From positions 9,020,201 through 9,084,200 of the forward strand of contig NC_092679.1 of the NCBI RefSeq assembly GCF_964355755.1: 64,000 bases of DNA, written 5' to 3'. Both the position numbers and the translations under genes were made by a program. Under the pieces are notes generated by a model. It did not search any database. It was not told where the DNA came from and saw only the letters and a program-made list of their open reading frames with translations. Origin of the DNA: Antedon mediterranea. Taxonomy: Eukaryota; Animalia; Echinodermata. This document shows, piece after piece, positions 39,001-51,344 of the stretch (position 1 is the stretch's first letter; each line of letters starts with the position of its first letter).

Positions 39001-40400
39001 AAATGCGATTTTAAGCTATTCTAAGCACTTTGGTGTTTTTATGTTAACAAGTTTTTTTGAAAATCACAAAATGGTCTAAAACGTCTCTAAATGCGATTTG
39101 AAGCTTTTCTGTACACTTTGATGTTTTTATGTTAACAACTTTTTTCGAAAATCACAAAATGGTCTAAAATGTCTCCAAATGCGATTTGAAGCTATTCTAA
39201 GCACTTTGGTGTTTTTATGGAAACAATTTTTTTCGAAAATCACAAAATGGTCTAAAACGTCTCCAATAGCGATTTGAAGCTTTTCTGTACACTTTGGTGT
39301 TTTTATGTTAACAAGTTTTTTCGAAAATCACAAAATGGTCTAAAACGTCTCCAAATGCGATTTGAAGCTAATCTGTACACTTTGATGTTTTTATGTTAAC
39401 AAGTTTTTTCGAAAATCACAAAATGGTCTAAAACGTTTCCAAATGCGATTTGAAGCTTTTCTTTACACTTTGGTGTTTTTATGTTAACAAGTTTTTTCGA
39501 AAATCACAAAATGGTCTAAAACGTCTCCAAATGCGATTTGAAGCTATTCTGTACACTTTGATGTTTTTATGTTAACAAGTTTTTTCGAAGATCACAAAAT
39601 GGTCTAAAACGTCTACAAATGCAATTTGAAGCTATTCTAAGCACTTTTGTGTTTTTATGTTAACAAGTTTTTTCGAAAATCACAAAATGGTCTAAAACGT
39701 CTGCAAATGCGATTTTAAACTATTCTTAGCACATGGGTGTTTTTATTTAAACAAATTTTTTCGAAACTCACAAAATGGTCTAAAACGTCTCCAAATGCGA
39801 TTTGAAGCTATTTTAAGCACTTTGGTGTTTTTGTGTTAACAAGTTTTTCGAAATGCTCAAAATGGTCTAAAACGTTTTTAAACACGATATTAAGCTATTT
39901 TGTGCTCTTTGGTGTTTTTTTGTGAAAAGTTTTAGCAAAATGCTCAAAATGGTCTAAAACGATTTCTAATGTGATTTTAAGCACTTTGATGTTTTTATGT
40001 TAACTAGTTTTTTCGAAAATCACAAAATGGTCTAAAACGTCTCCAAATGCGATTTGAAGCTATTTTAAGCACTTAAGTGCTTTTGTGTAACCAAGTTTTT
40101 TTGAAAATCACAAAAGGGTCTAAAATGTCTCCAAATGTGATTTGAAGCTATTTTAAGCACTTTGGTGTTTTTGTGTTAACAAGTTTTTCGGAAATCACCA
40201 AATTGTCTAAAACGTCTCCAAATGCGATTTGAAGCTATTCTGTACACTTTGATGTTTTTATGTTAACAAGTTTTTTAGAAAATCACAAAATGGTCTAAAA
40301 CATCTCCAAATGCGATTTAAAGCTATTTTAAGCACTTTGGTGTTTTTATGTTAACAAGTTTTTTCGAAAATCACAAAATGGTCTAAAACGTCTCCAAATG
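29450..40400 (+). repeat. Expanded HOR with 4689-bp (~54-monomer) period, equal to the 3650-bp unit plus a 1039-bp (12-monomer) internal duplication
   Basis: Markers at 29450, 34139 and 38828 are 4689 apart. Cassette A pairs at 32641/33680 and 37330/38369 are 1039 apart. Diagnostic alleles include AAGTTCTTCG, AAATTATCT, CACATGGG, CTTAAGTGC and TCACCAAATT. Confidence 0.92.
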
Positions 40401-43400
40401 CGATTTGAAGCTATTTTAAGCACTTTGGTGTTTTTGTGTTAACAAGTTTTTCGAAATGCTCAAAATGGTCTAAAACGTTTCCAAATGCGATTTGAAGCTA
40501 TTCTGTACACTTTGATGTTTTGTGTGAAAATTTTCTGTCGAAATGCTCAAAATGGTCAAAAACGTTTTTAAATACGATATTAAGCTACTTTGTGCTCTTT
40601 GATGTTTTTGTGTGAAATGTTTTATCGAAATGCTCAAAATGGTCTAAAACGGTTTCTAATGTGATTTCAAGCACTTTGATGTTTTTGTGTAACCAAGTTT
40701 TTCGAAAATCACAAAATTGTCTAAAACGTCTCCAAATGCGATTTGAAGCTATTCTGTACTCTTTGATGTTTTTATGTTAACAAGTTTTTCGAAAATCACA
40801 AAATGGTCTAAAACGTCTCCAAATGCGATTTTAAGCTATTCTAAGCACTTTGGTGTTTTTATGTTAACAAGTTTTTTTGAAATCACAAAATGGTCTAAAA
40901 CGTCTCTAAATGAGATTTGAAGCTTTTCTGTACATTTTGATGTTTTTATGTTAACAAGTTTTTTCGAAAATCACAAAATGGTCTAAAATGTCTCCAAATG
41001 CGATTTGAAGCTATTCTAAGCACTTTGGTGTTTTTATGGAAACAATTTTTTTCGAAAATCACAAAATTGTCTAAAACGTCTCCAAATGCGATTTGAAGCT
41101 ATTCTGTACACTTTGATGTTTTTATGTTAACAAGTTTTTCGAAAATCACAAAATGGTCTAAAACGTCTCCAAATGCGATTTGAAGCTATTCTGTAAACTT
41201 TGATGTTTTTATGTTAACAAGTTTTTTCGAAAATCACAAAATGGTCTAAAACGTCTCTAAATGCGATTTGAAGCTTTTCTGTACACTTTGATGTTTTTAT
41301 GTTAACAACTTTTTTCGAAAATCACAAAAGGGTCTAAAATGTCTGTAAATGCGATTTGAAGCTATTCTAAGCACTTTGATGTTTTTATGTTACCAAGTTT
41401 TTTCGAAAATCACAAAATGGTCTAAAACGTCTACAAATGCGATTTGAAGCTATTCTAAGCACTTTTGTGTTTTTATGTTAACAAGTTTTTTCGAAAATCA
41501 CAAAATGGTCTAAAATGTCTCCAAATGCGATTTGAAGCTATTCTAAGCACTTTGGTGTTTTTATGGAAACAATTTTTTTCGAAAATCACAAAATGGTCTA
41601 AAACGTCTCCAAATGTGATTTGAAGCTATTCTGTACACTTTGATGTTTTTATGTTAGCAAGTTTTTTCGAAAATCACAAAATGGTCTAAAACGTCTACAA
41701 ATGCGATTTGAAGCTAATCTGTACACTTTGATGTTTTTATGTTAACAAGTTTTTTCGAAAATCACAAAAGGGTCTAAAATGTCTGTAAATGCGATTTGAA
41801 GCTATTTAAAGCACTTTGGTGTTTTTAGATTAACAAGTTTTTTCGAAAATCACAAAATGGTCTAAAACGTCTACAAATGCGATTTGAAGCTATTCTAAGC
41901 ACTTTTGTGTTTTTATGTTAACAAGTTTTTTCGAAAATCACAAAATGGTCTAAAACGTCTCCAAATGCGATTTGAAGCTATTTTAAGCACTTTGGTGTTT
42001 TTGTGTTAACAAGTTTTTCGAAAATCACAAAATGGTCTAAAACGTTTCCAAATGCGATTTGAAGCTATTCTGTACACTTTGATGTTTTGTGTGAAAATTT
42101 TCTTTCGAAATGCTCAAAATGGTCAAAAACGTTTTTAAATACGATATTAAGCTACTTTGTGCTCTTTGATGTTTTTGTGTGAAATGTTTTATCGAAATGC
42201 ACAAAATGGTCTAAAACGGTTTCTAATGTGATTTCAAGCACTTTGATGTTTTTGTGTAACCAAGTTTTTCGAAAATCACAAAATTGTCTAAAACGTCTCC
42301 AAATGCGATTTGAAGCTATTCTGTACACTTTGATGTTTTTATGTTAACAAGTTTTTCGAAAATCACAAAATGGTCTAAAACGTCTCCAAATGCGATTTGA
42401 AGCTATTCTGTACACTTTGATGTTTTTATGTTAACAAGTTTTTCGAAAATCACAAAATGGTCTAAAACGTCTCTAAATGCGATTTGAAGCTTTTCTGTAC
42501 ACTTTAATGTTTTTATGTTAACTTTTTTCGAAAATCACAAAATGGTCTAAATTTTCTCCAAATGCGATTTGAAGCTATTCTAAGCACTTTGATGTTTTTA
42601 TGTTAACAAGTTTTTTCGAAAATCACAAAATGGTCTAAAACGTCTCCAATAGCGATTTTAAGCTATTCTGTACACTTTGATGTTTTTATGTTAACAAGTT
42701 TTTCGAAAATCACAAAATGGTCTAAAACGTCTCCAAATGCGATTTTAAGCTATTCTAAGCACTTTGGTGTTTTTATGTTAACAAGTTTTTTTGAAAATCA
42801 CAAAATGGTCTAAAACGTCTCTAAATGCGATTTGAAGCTTTTCTGTACACTTTGATGTTTTTATGTTAACAACTTTTTTCGAAAATCACAAAATGGTCTA
42901 AAATGTCTCCAAATGCGATTTGAAGCTATTCTAAGCACTTTGGTGTTTTTATGGAAACAATTTTTTTCGAAAATCACAAAATGGTCTAAAACGTCTCCAA
43001 TAGCGATTTGAAGCTTTTCTGTACACTTTGGTGTTTTTATGTTAACAAGTTTTTTCGAAAATCACAAAATGGTCTAAAACGTCTCCAAATGCGATTTGAA
43101 GCTAATCTGTACACTTTGATGTTTTTATGTTAATAAGTTTTTTCGAAAATCACAAAATGGTCTAAAACGTTTCAAAATGCGATTTGAAGCTTTTCTTTAC
43201 ACTTTGGTGTTTTTATGTTAACAAGTTTTTTCGAAAATCACAAAATGGTCTAAAACGTCTCCAAATGCGATTTGAAGCTATTCTGTACACTTTGATGTTT
43301 TTATGTTAACAAGTTTTTTCGAAGATCACAAAATGGTCTAAAACGTCTACAAATGCAATTTGAAGCTATTCTAAACACTTTTGTGTTTTTATGTTAACAA

Positions 43401-44899
43401 GTTTTTTTCGAAAATCACAAAATGGTCTAAAACGTCTGCAAATGCGATTTTAAACTATTCTTAGCACATTGGTGTTTTTATTTAAACAAATTTTTTCGAA
43501 ACTCACAAAATGGTCTAAAACGTCTCCAAATGCGATTTGAAGCTATTTTAAGCACTTTGGTGTTTTTGTGTTAACAAGTTTTTCGAAATGCTCAAAATGG
43601 TCTAAAACGTTTTTAAACACGATATTAAGCTATTTTGTGCTCTTTGATGTTTTTTTGTGAAAAGTTTTAGCAAAATGCTCAAAATGGTCTAAAACGATTT
43701 CTAATGTGATTTTAAGCACTTTGATGTTTTTATGTTAACTAGTTTTTTCGAAAATCACCAAATGGTCTAAAACGTCTCCAAATGCGATTTGAAGCTATTT
43801 TAAGCACTTAGGTGCTTTTGTGTAACCAAGTTTTTTTGAAAATCACAAAAGGGTCTAAAATGTCTCCAAATGTGATTTGAAGCTATTTTAAGCACTTTGG
43901 TGTTTTTGTGTTAACAAGTTTTTCGGAAATCACAAAATTGTCTAAAACGTCTCCAAATGCGATTTGAAGCTATTCTGTACACTTTGATGTTTTTATGTTA
44001 ACAAGTTTTTTAGAAAATCACAAAATGGTCTAAAACATCTCCAAATGCGATTTAAAGCTATTTTAAGCACTTTGGTGTTTTTATGTTAACAAGTTTTTTC
44101 GAAAATCACAAAATGGTCTAAAACGTCTCCAAATGCGATTTGAAGCTATTTTAAGCACTTTGGTGTTTTTGTGTTAACAAGTTTTTCGAAATGCTCAAAA
44201 TGGTCTAAAACGTTTCCAAATGCGATTTGAAGCTATTCTGTACACTTTGATGTTTTGTGTGAAAATTTTCTGTCGAAATGCTCAAAATGGTCAAAAACGT
44301 TTTTAAATACGATATTAAGCTACTTTGTGCTCTTTGATGTTTTTGTGTGAAATGTTTTATCGAAATGCTCAAAATGGTCTAAAACGGTTTCTAATGTGAT
44401 TTCAAGCACTTTGATGTTTTTGTGTAACCAAGTTTTTCGAAAATCACAAAATTGTCTAAAACGTCTCCAAATGCGATTTGAAGCTATTCTGTACTCTTTG
44501 ATTTTTTTATTTTAACAAGTTTTTCGAAAATCACAAAATGGTCTAAAACGTCTCCAAATGCGATTTTAAGCTATTCTAAGCACTTTGGTGTTTTTATGTT
44601 AACAAGTTTTTTTGAAAATCACAAAATGGTCTAAAACGTCTCTAAATGAGATTTGAAGCTTTTCTGTACACTTTGATGTTTTTATGTTAACAAGTTTTTT
44701 CGAAAATCACAAAATGGTCTAAAATGTCTCCAAATGCGATTTGAAGCTATTCTAAGCACTTTGGTGTTTTTATGGAAACAATTTTTTTCGAAAATCACAA
44801 AATGGTCTAAAACGTCTCCAAATGTGATTTGAAGCTATTCTGTACACTTTGATGTTTTTATGTTAACAAGTTTTTTCGAAAATCACAAAATGGTCTAAA

Positions 44900-47700
44900 A
44901 CGTCTACAAATGCGATTTGAAGCTATACTGTACACTTTGATGCTTTTATGTTAACAAGTTTTTTCGAAAATCACAAAATGGTCTAAAACGTTTCCAAATG
45001 CGATTTGAAGCTATTCTGTACACTTTGATGTTTTGTGTGAAAATTTTCTGTCGAAATGCTCAAAATGGTCAAAAACGTTTTTAAATACGATATTAAGCTA
45101 CTTTGTGCTCTTTGATGTTTTTGTGTGAAATGTTTTATCGAAATGCTCAAAATGGTCTAAAACGGTTTCTAATGTGATTTCAAGCACTTTGATGTTTTTG
45201 TGTAACCAAGTTTTTCGAAAATCACAAAATTGTCTAAAACGTCTCCAAATGCGATTTGAAGCTATTCTGTACACTTTGATGTTTTTATGTTAACAAGTTT
45301 TTCGAAAATCACAAAATGGTCTAAAACGTCTCCAAATGCGATTTGAAGCTATTCTGTACACTTTGATGTTTTTATGTTAACAAGTTTTTCGAAAATCACA
45401 AAATGGTCTAAAACGTCTCTAAATGCGATTTGAAGCTTTTCTGTACACTTTGATGTTTTTATGTTAACAACTTTTTTCGAAAATCACAAAATGGTCTAAA
45501 ATGTCTCCAAATGCGATTTGAAGCTATTCTAAGCACTTTGGTGTTTTTATGTTAACAAGTTTTTTCGAAAATCACAAAATGGTCTAAAACGTCTCCAAAT
45601 GCGATTTGAAGCTATTCTGTACACTTTGATGTTTTTATGTTAACAAGTTTTTTCGAAAATCACAAAATGGTCTAAAACGTCTACAAATGCGATTTGAAGC
45701 TATTCTGTACACTTTGATGTTTTTATGTTAACAAGTTTTTTCGAAAATCACAAAATGGTCTAAAACGTTTCCAAATGCGATTTGAAGCTATTCTGTACAC
45801 TTTGATGTTTTGTGTGAAAATTTTCTTTCGAAATGCTCAAAATGGTCAAAAACGTTTTTAAATACGATATTAAGCTACTTTGTGCTCTTTGATGTTTTTG
45901 TGTGAAATGTTTTATCGAAATGCTCAAAATGGTCTAAAACGGTTTCTAATGTGATTTCAAGCACTTTGATGTTTTTGTGTAACCAAGTTTTTCGAAAATC
46001 ACAAAATTGTCTAAAACGTCTCCAAATGCGATTTGAAGCTATTCTGTACACTTTGATGTTTTTATGTTAACAAGTTTTTCGAAAATCACAAAATGGTCTA
46101 AAACGTCTCCAAATGCGATTTTAAGCTATTCTAAGCACTTTGGTGTTTTTATGTTAACAAGTTTTTTTGAAAATCACAAAATGGTCTAAAACGTCTCTAA
46201 ATGCGATTTGAAGCTATTCTGTACACTTTGATGTTTTTATGTTAACAAGTTTTTTCGAAAATCACAAAATGGTCTAAAACGTCTACAAATGCGATTTGAA
46301 GCTATTCTAAGCACTTTGGTGTTTTTATGGAAACAATTTTTTTCGAAAATCACAAAATGGTCTAAAACGTTTCCAAATGCGATTTGAAGCTATTCTGTAC
46401 ACTTTGATGTTTTGTGTGAAAATTTTCTGTCGAAATGCTCAAAATGGTCAAAAACGTTTTTAAATACGATATTAAGCTACTTTGTGCTCTTTGATGTTTT
46501 TGTGTGAAATGTTTTATCGAAATGCTCAAAATGGTCTAAAACGGTTTCTAATGTGATTTCAAGCACTTTGATGTTTTTGTGTAACCAAGTTTTTTGAAAA
46601 TCACAAAATTGTCTAAAACGTCTCCAAATGCGATTTGAAGCTATTCTGTACACTTTGATGTTTTTATGTTAACAAGTTTTTCGAAAATCACAAAATGGTC
46701 TAAAACGTGTCTCCAAATGCGATTTTAAGCTATTCTAAGCACTTTGGTGTTTTTATGTTAACAAGTTTTTTTGAAAATCACAAAATGGTCTAAAACGTCT
46801 CTAAATGCGATTTGAAGCTTTTCTGTACACTTTCATGTTTTTATGTTAACAACTTTTTTCGAAAATCACAAAATGGTCTAAAATGTCTCCAAATGCGATT
46901 TGAAGCTATTCTAAGCACTTTGGTGTTTTTATGTTAACAAGTTTTTTCGAAAATCACAAAATGGTCTAAAACGTCTCCAAATGCGATTTGAAGCTATTCT
47001 GTACACTTTGATGTTTTTATGTTAACAAGTTTTTTCGAAAATCACAAAATGGTCTAAAACGTCTACAAATGCGATTTGAAGCTATTCTGTACACTTTGAT
47101 GTTTTTATGTTAACAAGTTTTTTCGAAAATCACAAAATGGTCTAAAACGTTTCCAAATGCGATTTGAAGCTATTCTGTACACTTTGATGTTTTGTGTGAA
47201 AATTTTCTTTCGAAATGCTCAAAATGGTCAAAAACGTTTTTAAATACGATATTAAGCTACTTTGTGCTCTTTGATGTTTTTGTGTGAAATGTTTTATCGA
47301 AATGCTCAAAATGGTCTAAAACGGTTTCTAATGTGATTTCAAGCACTTTGATGTTTTTGTGTAACCAAGTTTTTCGAAAATCACAAAATTGTCTAAAACG
47401 TCTCCAAATGCGATTTGAAGCTATTCTGTACACTTTGATGTTTTTATGTTAACAAGTTTTTCGAAAATCACAAAATGGTCTAAAACGTCTCCAAATGCGA
47501 TTTGAAGCTATTCTGTACACTTTGATGTTTTTATGTTAACAAGTTTTTCGAAAATCACAAAATGGTCTAAAACGTCTCTAAATGCGATTTGAAGCTTTTC
47601 TGTACACTTTGATGTTTTTATGTTAACAACTTTTTTCGAAAATCACAAAATGGTCTAAAATGTCTCCAAATGCGATTTGAAGCTATTCTAAGCACTTTGA
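44900..47700 (+). repeat. Short-period HOR segment (7-9 monomers between cassettes) containing a ~1380-bp duplication
   Basis: Cassette A is at 44274, 45052, 45829, 46431 and 47211 (spacings 778, 777, 602, 780). The alleles at the last four alternate TTTTCTGTCG and TTTTCTTTCG. Confidence 0.75.
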
Positions 47701-50700
47701 TGTTTTTATGTTACCAAGTTTTTTCGAAAATCACAAAATGGTCTAAAATGTCTCCAATAGCGATTTTAAGCTATTCTGTACACTTTGATGTTTTTATGTT
47801 AACAAGTTTTTCGAAAATCACAAAATGGTCTAAAACGTCTCCAAATGCGATTTTAAGCTATTCTAAGCACTTTGGTGTTTTTATGTTAACAAGTTTTTTT
47901 GAAAATCACAAAATGGTCTAAAACGTCTCTAAATGCGATTTGAAGCTTTTCTGTACACTTTGATGTTTTTATGTTAACAACTTTTTTCGAAAATCACAAA
48001 ATGGTCTAAAATGTCTCCAAATGCGATTTGAAGCTATTCTAAGCACTTTGGTGTTTTTATGGAAACAATTTTTTTCGAAAATCACAAAATGGTCTAAAAC
48101 GTCTCCAATAGCGATTTGAAGCTTTTCTGTACACTTTGGTGTTTTTATGTTAACAAGTTTTTTCGAAAATCACAAAATGGTCTAAAACGTCTCCAAATGC
48201 GATTTGAAGCTAATCTGTACACTTTGATGTTTTTATGTTAACAAGTTTTTTCGAAAATCACAAAATGGTCTAAAACGTCTCCAAATGCGATTTGAAGCTA
48301 TTCTGTACACTTTGATGTTTTTATGTTAACAAGTTTTTTCGAAGATCACAAAATGGTCTAAAACGTCTACAAATGCAATTTGAAGCTATTCTAAGCACTT
48401 TTGTGTTTTTATGTTAACAAGTTTTTTCGAAAATCACAAAATGGTCTAAAACGTCTGCAAATGCGATTTTAAACTATTCTTAGTACATTGGTGTTTTTAT
48501 TTAAACAAATTTTTTCGAAACTCACAAAATGGTCTAAAACGTCTCCAAATGCGATTTGAAGCTATTTTAAGCACTTTGATGTTTTTGTGTAACCAAGTTT
48601 TTCGAAAATCACAAAATTGTCTAAAACGTCTCCAAATGCGATTTGAAGCTATTTTGTGCTCTTTGGTGTTTTTTTGTGAAAAGTTTTAGCAAAATGCTCA
48701 AAATGGTCTAAAACGATTTCTAATGTGATTTTAAGCACTTTGATGTTTTTATGTTAACTAGTTTTTTCGAAAATCACAAAATGGTCTAAAACGTCTCCAA
48801 ATGCGATTTGAAGCTATTTTAAGCACTTAGGTGCTTTTGTGTAACCAAGTTTTTTAGAAAATCACAAAAGGGTCTAAAATGTCTCCAAATGTGATTTGAA
48901 GCTATTTTAAGCACTTTGGTGTTTTTGTGTTAACAAGTTTTTCGGAAATCACAAAATTGTCTAAAACGTCTCCAAATGCGATTTGAAGCTATTCTGTACA
49001 CTTTGATGTTTTTATGTTAACAAGTTTTTTAGAAAATCACAAAATGGTCTAAAACATCTCCAAATGCGATTTAAAGCTATTTTAAGCACTTTGGTGTTTT
49101 TATGTTAACAAGTTTTTTCGAAAATCACAAAATGGTCTAAAACGTCTCCAAATGCGATTTGAAGCTATTTTAAGCACTTGGGTGTTTTTGTGTTAACAAG
49201 TTTTTCGAAATGCTCAAAATGGTCTAAAACGTTTCCAAATGCGATTTGAAGCTATTCTGTACACTTTGATGTTTTGTGTGAAAATTTTCTGTCGAAATGC
49301 TCAAAATGGTCAAAAACGTTTTTAAATACGATATTAAGCTACTTTGTGCTCTTTGATGTTTTTGTGTGAAATGTTTTATCGAAATGCTCAAAATGGTCTA
49401 AAACGGTTTCTAATGTGATTTCAAGCACTTTGATGTTTTTGTGTAACCAAGTTTTTCGAAAATCACAAAATTGTCTAAAACGTCTCCAAATGCGATTTGA
49501 AGCTATTCTGTACTCTTTGATGTTTTTATGTTAACAAGTTTTTCGAAAATCACAAAATGGTCTAAAACGTCTCCAAATGCGATTTTAAGCTATTCTAAGC
49601 ACTTTGGTGTTTTTATGTTAACAAGTTTTTTTGAAATCACAAAATGGTCTAAAACGTCTCTAAATGAGATTTGAAGCTTTTCTGTACATTTTGATGTTTT
49701 TATGTTAACAAGTTTTTTCGAAAATCACAAAATGGTCTAAAATGTCTCCAAATGCGATTTGAAGCTATTCTAAGCACTTTGGTGTTTTTATGGAAACAAT
49801 TTTTTTCGAAAATCACAAAATGGTCTAAAACGTCTCCAAATGTGATTTGAAGCTATTCTGTACACTTTGATGTTTTTATGTTAGCAAGTTTTTTCGAAAA
49901 TCACAAAATGGTCTAAAACGTCTACAAATGCGATTTGAAGCTAATCGGTACACTTTGATGTTTTTATGTTAACAAGTTTTTTCGAAAATCACAAAAGGGT
50001 CTAAAATGTCTGTAAATGCGATTTGAAGCTATTTAAAGCACTTTGGTGTTTTTAGGTTAACAAGTTTTTTCGAAAATCACAAAATGGTCTAAAACGTCTA
50101 CAAATGCGATTTGAAGCTATTCTAAGCACTTTTGTGTTTTTATGTTAACAAGTTTTTTCGAAAATCACAAAATGGTCTAAAATGTCTCCAAATGCGATTT
50201 GAAGCTATTCTAAGCACTTTGGTGTTTTTATGGAAACAATTTTTTTCGAAAATCACAAAATGGTCTAAAACGTCTCCAAATGTGATTTGAAGCTATTCTG
50301 TACACTTTGATGTTTTTATGTTAGCAAGTTTTTTCGAAAATCACAAAATGGTCTAAAACGTCTACAAATGCGATTTGAAGCTAATCTGTACACTTTGATG
50401 TTTTTATGTTAACAAGTTTTTTCGAAAATCACAAAAGGGTCTAAAATGTCTGTAAATGCGATTTGAAGCTATTTAAAGCACTTTGGTGTTTTTAGATTAA
50501 CAAGTTTTTTCGAAAATCACAAAATGGTCTAAAACGTCTACAAATGCGATTTGAAGCTATTCTAAGCACTTTTGTGTTTTTATGTTAACAAGTTTTTTCG
50601 AAAATCACAAAATGGTCTAAAACGTCTCCAAATGCGATTTGAAGCTATTTTAAGCACTTTGGTGTTTTTATGTTACCAAGTTTTTTCGAAAATCACAAAA

Positions 50701-51344
50701 TGGTCTAAAATGTCTCTAATAGCGATTTTAAGCTATTCTGTACACTTTGATGTTTTTATGTTAACAAGTTTTTCGAAAATCACAAAATGGTCTAAAACGT
50801 CTCCAAATGCGATTTTAAGCTATTCTAAGCACTTTGGTGTTTTTATGTTAACAAGTTTTTTTGAAAATCACAAAATGGTCTAAAACGTCTCTAAATGCGA
50901 TTTGAAGCTTTTCTGTACACTTTGATGTTTTTATGTTAACAACTTTTTTCGAAAATCACAAAATGGTCTAAAATGTCTCCAAATGCGATTTGAAGCTATT
51001 CTAAGCACTTTGGTGTTTTTATGGAAACAATTTTTTTCGAAAATCACAAAATGGTCTAAAACGTCTCCAATAGCGATTTGAAGCTTTTCTGTACACTTTG
51101 GTGTTTTTATGTTAACAAGTTTTTTCGAAAATCACAAAATGGTCTAAAACGTCTCCAAATGCGATTTGAAGCTAATCTGTACACTTTGATGTTTTTATGT
51201 TAACAAGTTTTTTCGAAAATCACAAAATGGTCTAAAACGTTTCCAAATGCGATTTGAAGCTTTTCTTTACACTTTGGTGTTTTTATGTTAACAAGTTTTT
51301 TCGAAAATCACAAAATGGTCTAAAACGTCTCCAATAGCGATTTT

